Shown here in pieces: positions 52,612 to 64,000 of a stretch of DNA of 64,000 bases. The translations under genes were made by a program, and so were the position numbers. Every line of letters starts with the position of its first letter. Position 1 is the stretch's first letter. The notes under the pieces are model-generated. The model was not told the origin of the DNA, did no database searches, and saw nothing but the letters and a program-made list of their open reading frames with translations. This stretch comes from Eledone cirrhosa (lineage: Eukaryota): assembly GCA_964016885.1 (NCBI GenBank), contig OZ024745.1, forward strand, positions 34,658,001 through 34,722,000, given 5' to 3'.

Positions 52612-55600
52612 TAAACAAATTGGAATTTATCAGGATGGAATAAGGGTGCATATCAACAATCTTTATAAAATAATTTTCAGACATGACAAGGGTTTAATTA
52701 AAATCGGTACAGAACTTGATCATAGTTTGGATACAACTGTTTTCACATCTCTACTCAAAATATAAGGTAGTGAATTCACAGAGCCATTTGAGTGTCAGAT
52801 TAAAATGTGTCATGGTATTTGTCCTGTTTCTCTATGTTCTGAGTTCAAAACCTGTTAAGACCAACTTTGCTTTTCATCCTTTTGGAAACGATAAATAAAG
52901 TACCAGTTTAGGGCAGTGGGTGGGCAGTATTGTTTGAGTGCTAGATGTGAAGCTTTACTCTTTTAACTAAATAGTTAAAAGTCTGGGCCCCCCTGCAATA
53001 TCACTAATGTTAAACTGTATCAACCTTTACTTTTCCTTGGACAACATTAGTGACAAGGAAAGCAGGGACATATATGCATGGGAGATTGCTGGTCTATCCC
53101 CAAAATCTTTGCTCAGGCCTGCAACTTGTGTGTGGGAATGTTCCATATGCAAACCCATTATCAGACATCACTGACAGATGCCTCAACTCAAATTATGAGG
53201 TAAGCAGCAACTTGGGTTCAACTAAAAGCAGTAAAAAGTAAAGTACTTTGTTGCCTTTTGGGTACAGCTTAGAGGCTCCATTTTTTAAGCCTTTACTCAA
53301 AGTATAACGTATGCTGTGCCATAAATTCTAGATATATTCACAGTGATTTAATTTAATATCTTATTGAGGTTTACTTTAATAATTTTATAAGGATTCCTTT
53401 TCTTCTTGTGGTTCAATTATTTATTTGTAAACTTATGTACTAGATTGTGCAGCATTTGCTTTGTTAAAATCTTCCCATTGTTAATATTTAACCACTGATC
53501 AACACTGATTAAGTAAACTGAATTATTTCCAGAGAGTGCATCTAAGATTAGATTGTCGAATGTGTCTTTTCTTTTCTGAAGATGGTAGGATAGGATTTAT
53601 GGTATGTTTAACTGCTCTTTCTAGTAGTTCATGCAACCATATAATTTCTTTCTTTATTGGCTGAATCTGAGACATCTGAGAGAAAAGGCACAAGCCATGG
53701 ATACTGCTCTTTCTTCACTGAATAATTTCACAAAAATATCAAAATACTGTCATCTGCTGATTGGATTTATCTTGAGTGAGGTAGATTCAAATTCTATAAT
53801 GATAATATAGAACAGATTGAAATACTACAACCTACACTAACTGCCCTCATTGTACCTCATGTGAACAATTACAAGACAAAGAGTGCAGCTTTATATACAT
53901 CATTAGTAGTATTATAAAATGGAATGTGTCATATTAGTATTTCATAGGCTACCTTCAGATCAGAAATCAACCTGTGCAGGGACTGTTAGGAGTGGGCAAT
54001 AACTGCAACAAGTATAACATCAACAAAAAGTATCCTGGCCACCACTCAAAGTGAAATTCCTTTGTTAAGGGTAGTGCAGCATTAAGTATGACGCAGAAAT
54101 CATTTAATTCCTTGTTGAGATAACAACTCCACACGATGTCATTCTGATAAGAAACTAAGATAACTCTATTATAATCTTCACAACATTATGATGTCATAAC
54201 TTTCAAGAACATTGTATTATAGATAACACTATCCCAGACCTGCCAGCCTCTAAAAACCCAAATGGGGAGTACCATGAAAAAAGTGCCACAAAATGGGGGG
54301 GGGGGGGGGGATGAGGCAAATGGGGAGATTTTACATAATGAAAGCTCTACCCATTTTCACAAGAGAAGACATCTCTCACCCACCCTAAAATGGAGGGGGA
54401 GGGATCTCCCTGTCGGACTGGGAGAGTTGACAGGTCTGCTACACTATATTCCAAACTCTCAACAACACTATATTACAGTTTTCACCTTCACTAATACTTT
54501 ACCACATTTTGAACTATCCACAACAACGTATTGCTGATCTAGTACATTTGATACCAGCTTACCTGAAACTACCCGTGATTCTATTAAGGTTAATACGTAC
54601 CCCCCCCCCCATTTTTTTTTAATCATTTAAAACTGAAAATCATTGACATTGTTTTACATTAGAAATATGGTAGCAAAAGAGTTAATTCTAATAACTTGAA
54701 CTTAACAAAACCTTGTCAAGTCTCTCAGCTTATTGCTTTACCAATGAACCAATATACTAACTCAGTATATTCAATTTTTATCTATATATAGATTACTGTT
54801 CATATATTTGTATATTAAAATAAACCCAATTCATGAATCTTGTTAACATATAACTGAACAATACTTGATACTGTAGGCAAGACTTGCACAAATAATGGTA
54901 ATTTGTAAAGACTTTATTGAGTGGATATTTTTAACATCACCATGTGGATTTGTCTGGTGTAGACACATAAAACACACAAATATAGTTCTGCTGAGATGCC
55001 ATTGCTGCTATTATTATAATACAATGCAACTGATGTGAAGGAGACATTGGTGTTACAATTTGGTTAAGACCAACAGGGATAACCAACAATATGTTTTATA
55101 CAGAGAAAATGTTTTACAGTGAACAATACAAAATGAATATTAATTGTATTATATTACCAAGAGGATTAAAATACATATAACAGATCCTCCATTGGTTTTG
55201 ACAAGGGCATTCATTTGCTCAATTAACTCAATGTGGGACTCCTGAATTAACATATAAGTGGTTGACATAAATGAATGTGATATATTTTCTAATGATTTTT
55301 GGCAAGGATTTAAATCTCAATCACTAATCATATTTTAATAAGTTTAGAAATATTTTTGGTTATATATTGTCATACTGCTTCCCTTCTTCAAGCATTTAGA
55401 TAATGGAGTTTGTAATTACATGTATAATCTATCTAATAGGCTCCTACACAGGCTAAGATAAAGGATAAAGATACTTACCAAAGAGACTAGAAAGTGGGAT
55501 CAAGCCTGGGACGTCATGATTGTGAAATGGATTTCAACCATATCGGCATCCACAGAACTATTGCTCCTGAGGAAGTATAGAAGTTGCATAACTACTGAGT

Positions 55601-56111
55601 CTGTAAAACTGTTGATGTTGTGGAATTACAAATAATGTGGAACTATTCGTATTGTGGAGCATATGGAATGGATGGAATCTTTGTTGGATTCGATAATGAG
55701 TGTTCCACTCAATGAAACAACATGCTCAGGAAATTAACTTGAAGTGGCTGAGCATTCCGCAAACATATTTACACAAAAAGATTCAGCATGACACATATAT
55801 TGATACACAGATGAGAGTACAGTTTACTTGATAATGGTAAACATGACTACTTGGATTGCAGTGGGGCCTGCATTAATAAGTTATATGTTAAAACTGGGAA
55901 GTTTAGACTACTGTACAGTTATGGTGTAATATGGTGTCATTGAAAGGCAATCTTGTGGTGCAGTGTTGTTGATGGACACTTTCATTCATACTTATTGCAT
56001 TTGTGTGTTTTACTCATATGATACTGAAGGCATAAATATTGTGTGATTTTGGTTGTGAATAAAGGACTATATCGTGTTCTGAGTATGAAAATTAAATCAC
56101 TGGATGTGATA

Positions 56112-56169
<58 letters not shown>

Positions 56170-57132
56170 GTTTGAGCATACAGATATATTTATATATGTA
56201 TAATTGTTATTATCTCCTTGCATAATATTATGTTTTGGTCCTTTCCATTTTTCAAATAGAACTAAACAAGACTGCATTCTTGTGCTTGTATTTTTTGTCT
56301 TCTTCATATCTCTGATGCTTAAGCATTTATTTGATAACTTGTTCATGGTGTAAATATGCAGTTTAGCTTCAGCTTATGTCTGTTTAATGCACAGACTTGA
56401 ATTTATACTAGGGTAATTGGAATTTGGGCCACAATCTTGGAAGCACTTACTACTCAATTATCAATGTTGTCATAATCAGCAATTTCATTGGATTCACAGT
56501 TTCAAGAAAAAGAGGTTGGTGCATATGTAGATATTCCATTTTTAATGCAAAGACCCACTCCATACAGCATCTAGGAAATTAATATGCTTGCCAGATACAA
56601 GAGGTGAAATGTAATAGATGTAACTACATTTGCCTATCATTTCACAAAAGGTTCTGTCAGTCCCTGTTTTATTTTACTTTGTTTTTATTCATTTTATCTA
56701 ATTTCTAGCAATAATTATATATTTTATCAACATTTTATGAATTCTATTTTCATTTCACTCTTATCAGCTTTTATGAATCATATATTTTCCCCTTAGTACT
56801 CTGTGTTCTTACATCATTCTTGACACCAGAACTCATCATATTTACATATAGTTATGCATATATATCATCACCTATGATGTTTTAAAGTAATCATTAAATA
56901 AAGAAATGTGTGATGAATTGGCAGAATAATTAGAGCATCAGATAAAATACTTTGCTGTATTTATTCTGACTTTTTGTATTCTTAGTTCACATAAAACTAA
57001 GGTCGACTTTGTGTTTCATCTTTTAGGGGTTGATAAAATAAAGTGACAATCAAGTATTGGGGTCAATGTAATTGACTGTTCTTCTATCAAATTGTTGGTT
57101 TTATGCCTAAATAAGAAACCCTTATTTTTACA

Positions 57133-57220
57133 ACTGCTGCTACTACTACTACTTCTACTACTACTGCTACTGCTATTGCTATTGCTATTGCTACTACTGC
57201 TGCTGCTGCGGCTGCTGCTG

Positions 57221-57259
<39 letters not shown>

Positions 57260-57276
57260 TTACTACTACTACTACT
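57133..57276. repeat. (CTA/CTG/TTG)n microsatellite
   Basis: Directly visible; gives a spurious poly-Leu ORF. Confidence 0.95.
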
Positions 57277-58631
57277 TATACATTTATCTCTGTAAATCTT
57301 AAATTATTCTTCTCATCATTTCTTTGAATCAAGCACAGCACGCACATAACAGCTTTCCACCTCTCACTTAGCTCTTCATATCTTTATTGAAGTCTGCAAA
57401 GTCTTTTGAGCTGCATGGGTTGGTAGCCAAGATCAGACACGGCAGTACACCATAGCTTGGTTTGCTTTTCCACATTCTAAATAACTAGCCTATAAAGGTA
57501 TCTCCATTTCAGAGGCTTCTTTTTTTTCATCATCATCATTTCATTTTACGTCCGCTTTTTCCCTGCTTGCAAGGGTGGGACGGGAACTGATTCTGGCTTG
57601 ATTTCTACAGCTGGATGCCCTTCTTATAAATACATATTTTATTAGATTTCAGTAAATTTCCTGGAAACCTGAAGAATCTTTTCCTCCATTGAGTGTCGTA
57701 CTGAGATTTTTGATGTCTTTACATATCTCTGTCTCTGATGTAATAGCATAATGATAACTAAATATAACAGAATACATCTACTTTCACTATTGAATCTATT
57801 TTGAAATTTATATATTTACTTTGTTCATCAAACTACTTTAAACTTCCGAGACTTAGCTTGTTTTATATATCTCCAAAATATTGCCTTAAACAAGGTTTTC
57901 TAATATTTTCTATTGCTGTGGTTATTTATTACAATCACTTTCATAATGTACTTACCAGTACTTTGGTAATAGATTTCTTGCTGTTAACATGGTTTATCTT
58001 ACCTTTGTAATAATTTACCCTAGTATAATATCATTTGATGTTATATGGTTTTATATTAATACTCATCTGGTAATATATATTGCTTGCCTTGGTTCATGTA
58101 TTACTGACTGTTACCATAGTAATGGTACTTCAGTTTATATGTTACCTTGGCAATAAACTGCTCTATGTTACCATGGTAAAATAATTACAGCTCTATGATT
58201 AAATATTGATAAAACCATAGTAATATATTGTTACCATGGTTCAAATGTTATTATGGTAACATGGTAACATGTTACTCATATTACCTTGGTAATATATCAA
58301 CCACTGTTTAAAATGATTTATATATTACAATGTAAATATACTACTTATCATAACTTTGGTAACATATCCCTTATCATTACTCTCATATTATATACGCTGC
58401 CTTGGTAATTGATTACTTGGATTACCATGTTGATATATTATTTAGTGCTACTAAGGTAATTTTTATTATTACCATAGTAATATATTCAGTGCTGGATTTA
58501 CCATTGTGCTTAGGTGTGCTTAACCACAGGGCTCCGTTGGCCAGGGAAAGGGCTTATCTTCCTGCAAAAAAAAATGTTTACAATGAATTTTTCAAAAGTA
58601 AGGGTCCTCATAATTTAACTAGCACAGGGTC

Positions 58632-59174
58632 TCATCATTATCATCACCGTTTTACGTCCGTTCTTCCACGCTAGCATGGGTTAAACGAGTTGTCCTGTTG
58701 TGAGCAGTGTCCAGTCGGCTGACCTTGTCTTGCTCATACAGGAACTGATTTTTGGCTTGCTTTCTACAGCTGGATGCTCTTCCTAACACCAACCTCATTT
58801 ACAGTGAGTGCTGGGTGCTTTTGTTTTCCGTGGCACCTCCACAACCACTTTACAGTGTGGGCTGGGTGCTTTTTTGCCGTGGCGCCTACACGTCTAGTTT
58901 ACAGTGTGGGCTGGGTGCTTTTTTTCTGTGGCGCCTACACAACTACTTTACAGTGTGGGCTGGGTACTCCCCTGCCGTGGCACCTACATGACCACTTTGC
59001 AGTGGAATGATATGGACCCCAGTCCTATCATCTCATTTCTACAGCTGAGTAAACTGGAGCAATGTGAAATAAAGTGTCTTGTTCAAGGAAACAACACATC
59101 ACCCGGTCCGAGTATTGAACTCACAACCTTTCGATTGCAAACCCAATGCTCTAACCACTAAGCCATGTGCCTCA
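58632..59174 (-). mobile_element. Full-length SINE family B (tRNA head + core + ~50-bp tandem units + RTE-derived tail)
   Basis: A box TGGCTTAGTGG and B box GAGTTCAATACT; body ccttga.caagacact..ctccagtttactcagctgtagaaatg; 4 gcacccagcccacactgtaaag-like units; tail shared with the RTE at 31420-31700. Confidence 0.85.
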
Positions 59175-59387
59175 TTTGTCCTAAATCCAGCACTGAATAT
59201 ATTACCTATGTTGCTATGGTATTACAACAATTACTGTTGCCATGGCTATATACTACTTACCATAACCATGGTAATACAATATTTATGTTACCTCAGTATT
59301 ATATTACTATTATAATGGTTTGTAAGTTACCAGGGTAAAACATTACTTAGTGTTACTATAACAATACATCAGCTACCATTACCATGG

Positions 59388-59590
59388 TGATCGGTAGAGT
59401 ATCAGTAGAGGGTCGGACGCCATGCTTTGCAATACAGAGTTACGGCCCTTTACGTTCTGGGTTCAAATCCCGCCGAGGTTAACTTTGCCTTTCATCCTTA
59501 CGGGGGGGGGGGGGGGGGGTCAATAAAATAAAGTACCAGTAATGCACTGGGATAATTGCTGGCCTTGTGCCAAAAGTAGAAACAATTATT
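59388..59590 (+). mobile_element. SINE family A copy with expanded internal G-run
   Basis: Homologous body; the internal gggg is expanded to about 18 G. Confidence 0.82.
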
Positions 59591-61388
59591 AACATATATA
59601 AGATACCTTGGTAATATTCTACTTGCTCACTCCACGGTTTATATTACCACAGCATTGTATTATTATAACCATGGTTTATGTTACCAAGGCAACATATTAG
59701 TGTCATCATATTTTATGTTACCATGGTAATATATCACATACTATAGATATGTTACCTAAGTATTATATTACTATTATGTTATTTACTGTTACCATGGTGT
59801 ACATGTCACCATGGTAATACATCACCTACCATTACCATGGTAACATATTACCTATGTTATGTTGGTATTATTTTACTTACTGTTACCATGATTTATATAT
59901 TACCATGGTAATGTATCACTTGTGTTACCTTAGTTTTAAATCACTGTTACCATGGTTAAAATGGTAACAGTGATGTATATAACTTATTACCATGGTAACA
60001 TATTACTTATATAACCTGGTTATCACATTAATAATTATGACCATAATTTATATGTCACCAGGGTAACATATTATATCTCTTCCAACTAATTATATATATC
60101 TTCTTTTATATCTTCTTATATTTCATCCTATTCTACTGCTAAAACTCTTTTTTGCTTATTTTCTTTCCTAATCAGTACTTTTTCTATTAATCTATTTTCT
60201 AATTTATTTCAAACAAAAACCAATTCTATTTCAAATTCCTTATTACTTTTTTATAAAACAATTCTTATTCTTTATTTCACACTATTTCTTTCAAATTTTA
60301 TCTGCAACAAAAAGAAAGAGGGTGGATTTTTGATAATTTAAAGTGAATCCATTCTTTATTATAACTATCAATTGTCTCTTTAACATAAATTACTGCTTCA
60401 AAAGGAAAACATTATAAATAAAATAAAAAATAAAAAAAGTATATTAAAGTAAAAATCGGAAAACAAAGGTATGTAAAATAAAACTGCAAATCATGAAAAA
60501 TAAAAAGTGAATTATTTAAAATTAACTTGTAAAAAATCAAGGTAAAACAATTAACTAATGCTTCATACTTTGTCTTTCTTTTTCATCTTCTCCCTCATAT
60601 TCTTTTCCTTCCTCTTCTTCTACCTTCTCTTTCTCCTCTACTTTTTATGGCATCAAATCTATTCTTGATAACTACGCCCTCTCTCTTTCTCCCTCTAGCT
60701 ATTTGTCACTCTTTTATTCTCTCCTTCTGCCACTTTTTCTCCTCCCTGCTCTCTCTCTCTCCCTTTTCTACCCCTTCCCTTTTTCTCTCACTTTATTTTA
60801 TCTCTTTCTCACATTAAAAAATATAAAACACAGAATCTCAAAAAATAGAAACTTTTCAATATTATTTCAAAATTTAACCATATATTTTGTGAATCAAAAT
60901 TTGAGCATTTTATTTGAAATTTTTCTTTTTCTTTTCTTTTTCTTCCTCTTCTGCTTCTTCACCTTCTCCCCCTCCTCCTCCACCTTCATATAAATGTTTC
61001 AACAACCCTGCACCCTTAGATAGACTTAGTATAGACCTTCAATGTTGTGTGTCAGTCAGTTTCAACCATCATCTCAAAGCTTGCCAAGTGAAAGTAACCA
61101 GAAGTGTTTTGTCTGTAAAACTATTTCTGTCGTGCATTTTATTGCATGTACCGAGTGCTTTGTATGGGTGTAGTAAAAATATCAAAACTGCCAAATGTAA
61201 ATACAAAACCAAACAAAAATAACAACTAATGGCAAAAGTATGTTGTTGTTGGTTTATTCTTTTGTTACCCCTTTTGATACCTTACTGCCTGAAGCCGTCC
61301 CAGGTTCTACAATACAAAAGTGTTTGTTTTAAAATGATTATATTTATCTAAAAACCTTCCATCATGTTTTTTATTTATGTGAGAACCT

Positions 61389-61823
61389 TTAACCCTTTAA
61401 CATTTAAACTGACTGTATCCGGCCTGAATTCTCTCACCTCTTTCTGTCCAAATCAGCTGTAACTGGCTGCTCATACTTATGTTAAGGTATTGTTCTCAAA
61501 ATAAATAACATCAAAATCTCATAGAATCAATATTATTGTTTCTACGTTAGGCACAAGGCCAGCAATTACCCAGTGCATTACTGGTACTTTATTTTATCGA
61601 CCCCCGTAAGGATGAAAGGCAAAGTCAACCTCGGCGGGATTTGAACTCAGATCGTAAAGGGACGTAACTGTGCTGGAAAGCATGGCGTCCGACCCTCTAC
61701 CGATACTGCCAATCCACCGCCCATCTCATAGAATCAATATTATATGAGATAATTATATGAGGTAAAGCCTTTACCAAAAAATACAATAGTTTATATAGAG
61801 TAATGTAAATGCTAAAGGGTTAA
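61389..61823. mobile_element. Non-autonomous TTAA-flanked MITE (piggyBac-like termini) containing a nested SINE
   Basis: TTAA-CCCTTTAACATTTA ... TAAATGCTAAAGGG-TTAA terminal inverted repeats; a related decayed copy lies at about 42543-42708. Confidence 0.7.
61537..61722 (-). mobile_element. Full-length tRNA-derived SINE family A with 21-bp target-site duplication
   Basis: A box TGGCAGTATCGG and B box GAGTTCAAATCC; body gactttgcctttcatccttacggggtcgataaaataaagtaccag (resembles a Nin/Deu-type domain). TSD atctcatagaatcaatattat at 61516-61536 and 61723-61743. Confidence 0.88.
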
Positions 61824-63445
61824 GTTATATGCGAAATAAGAGCTAAATAGTAAGAAAGTTATGTTATTAAATCCTTTGAATTCTTAATCATTTCCCCACT
61901 ATTATTTGAAACTCATAACCTGTGCCTTTTATTAGAAATCTATTAATGAAAGGATTAATCTTGAGCAGTGATTCCTAAACATATTTTGTCATGGAACTAT
62001 TATGATTTTCCAAAATCATGGAACCTATAACTATGAAATATTTCAACCACCCTAATTTTCATAAGACAGTAAATCAAATAAAAATTAAAAGATTTAAACT
62101 AAATTTTATGTAATTTTAATTAGAAAACATTGCTGTGAAAACACCTTCCACTATTTTTCACTAAACAGAAAATCCTGAGATTACTTTTATGCAATTTGGT
62201 GATTATTGTCTCTACATTAAAAGATAACTACACCTATGTTTCTGTCATTATCTCATGAGGAGACAATAATCTCTGAAATATACAAAAGTCATCTCTTATG
62301 TTTTTCTCTGTACTGAAATATAGTTGAAAGTGTTTATACAGCAAAAGTTTCTAATAAAGAAAATCACTGTAGATATATCTATGTTATATTTACCTTAAAT
62401 CTTCTAATATACACTGTATATATAAATATCTATTATGAAACAGAAAACATATAAATAGTTATTAAATTATATTAAAAGACAACTTACCTTGTGGAACACC
62501 GGAAGGTTTTTTTTTCTTCAAAAACTTAAGAGCTCCTCCATTTTGGGAAACACGGAGCTAGAGCATCTTTCTATTACTTGGAGATATATATCTATATGTA
62601 TTTATCTATGTTTGTTATTTATCTATGTTTGTTATAAGAGTTGTGTATGGAACATACCAATCAGTAAATGGTGGTGCAATTAGATTTCATTACTCAACGT
62701 TATGTTACTTTTTACTATCCAATTCTATAATTTCAAAAATTGTTATTTAGTATCTTCTATTCTCAACTTATTAACCTATTCTATAGCATTGGCCGAAAAA
62801 GCAACACCAACTAAATATAGCAGCTGTTTTAGACTCTACAGTCTTTTTTTTTATCACTTCTTACTATCCAATTTTATATTTCTATATATCTTTCTCTTAT
62901 TTTTTTATTGTCTCCTAATCTCAATTGATTTACTTATTCTATAACGTCCCTCCTCTATTTTATCCAAAACCCTTTTTCGCCTTTTCATCTGGCCTATTTT
63001 CATACACAACCCTTAGAATTTGCTGTATAGATTCCACTTTCAATGCTTGACCGGCTCCACCCACTCCCTTATTGTTCTACAGGCAAGTTCAGCCTCCCCC
63101 ATGATAGACTTAACTGTGTTTTCAACAAATTTTGACCAATCCTTTTGACAACTACAATCTTCCCATATAAGGAAGTACCCTTTGAAAAGTTTGGCTATTT
63201 ATTTACCAGGCTAAAAATTCTAATTTAGTCCAGAAATAGCCGTCGAAAAGGCTTGAGCCCTGCCTTCGGGGTCATATATTTTCCTATATATATATATATA
63301 TATATGAAAAGTGTGATTTACTACACAAAACGAAGGTTATAGAGAAAATTGGGGTTGGTAATGGCACATGGAATATATAAGAGACAGAATACTTTTTTGT
63401 GAAAAAACATAATTTTATAAGGTAAGGAAATAATAAAGGGTATAA

Positions 63446-63493
63446 AAAATGACCGGTTTCGATGGGTCTGCAAAAGCCATCTTTTCAAATGTT
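63446..63493 (-). ncRNA. Minimal type I hammerhead motif, U3-A8 core variant
   Basis: The minus strand reads AACAT-TTGAAAA-GATGG(11 nt)CCATC-GAAAC-CG-GTC-ATTTT: perfect 5-bp stem II, palindromic ACCGGT stem III, GUC site. Confidence 0.68.
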
Positions 63494-63691
63494 GATTAAT
63501 ATTAAGAAAAATTAATAATAAGAAGAGTTAAAATTTGAGATTTGAAAATTCAAGTATAAAATTCATTGTGGGATTTCACAGTAGTTTTCATCTTGGTAGC
63601 AGCTCGTTGACTGCAACAATAATAATTAAGGCACCCAGCAGTCAACGAGCTGCTACCAAGATGAAACATTGTGCCATTACCAACCCCAATT

Positions 63692-63742
<51 letters not shown>

Positions 63743-64000
63743 AAAATTGAATTAGAAGATGTTGCCATAATTCTGACTAAATAAAATAGTCTAATAATAA
63801 CAGAGCATATAAACCAACTGAATGGAAAAAGATGGGCATCAGCATAATTCAATTTTCAAATGCTGCTCAGTTTTCTAAACATACGATATATATATATATA
63901 AATCTTTTTCTATTTCTTACACTCAGTAAAATCCTGTTATTCACTGTAAAATTCTTTAGCTCTTCAGGAATTTTATAATGAAAGAGAAAACAACATTTCT

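Larger units (their letters stand above)
57930..60075. repeat. Old degenerate satellite built on TTACCATGGTAA, interrupted by SINEs
   Basis: Many (g)ttacc(a/t)tggtaa(t/c)ata motifs at irregular spacing. Confidence 0.72.

Noticed and set aside
58752-59161. Recurrent ORFs such as LYSVGWVLFCRG and FTVWAGCFF suggesting a gene family
   Set aside because: Translations of SINE B / RTE 3' UTR tandem units.
59100-59174. tRNA gene
   Set aside because: tRNA-derived SINE head continuous with the SINE body; no complete cloverleaf or terminator.
61020-61060. Possible HCN micro-exon after a long pyrimidine-rich tract (cccttag|ATAGACTT..)
   Set aside because: No convincing in-frame donor and no recognisable HCN sequence; would need RNA-seq.
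62480-62580. Strong minus-strand donor (AAG|gtaagt) suggesting an antisense exon
   Set aside because: An isolated splice motif with no supported ORF or partner exon.
63178-63262. Possible hammerhead TTGAAAA..GGCTATTT/AAATAGCC..GAAA
   Set aside because: The cleavage triplet would end in G and stem I is only 2 bp; at best a decayed relic.

Overview
AT-rich, microsatellite-dense eukaryotic DNA, most likely octopus (coleoid cephalopod), judged from the SINE families and repeat style; this is inference. The only host coding sequence I can support is one 168-bp internal exon (19905-20072, +) of an HCN/Ih channel gene, covering the S2-S3 loop, S3 and the S3-S4 linker, so the window is essentially two giant introns. 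These introns hold a near full-length R4/Dong-type LINE (-), a 5'-truncated L1/Tx1 LINE (+), a 5'-truncated Penelope-like element resembling the Naiad clade (+), RTE fragments with their partner SINE, a second tRNA-derived SINE, TTAA MITEs and satellites. The most striking unannotated signal is a dispersed set of short non-coding elements, mostly (TA)n-associated and often folded back into long hairpins. They carry type I hammerhead ribozyme motifs with palindromic minimal stem III: five have intact-looking cores (9615+, 30284+, 43600+, 52137+, 63446-), three of these with the U3-A8 compensatory core, and several more are decayed. Folds were read by eye; no computation was run.
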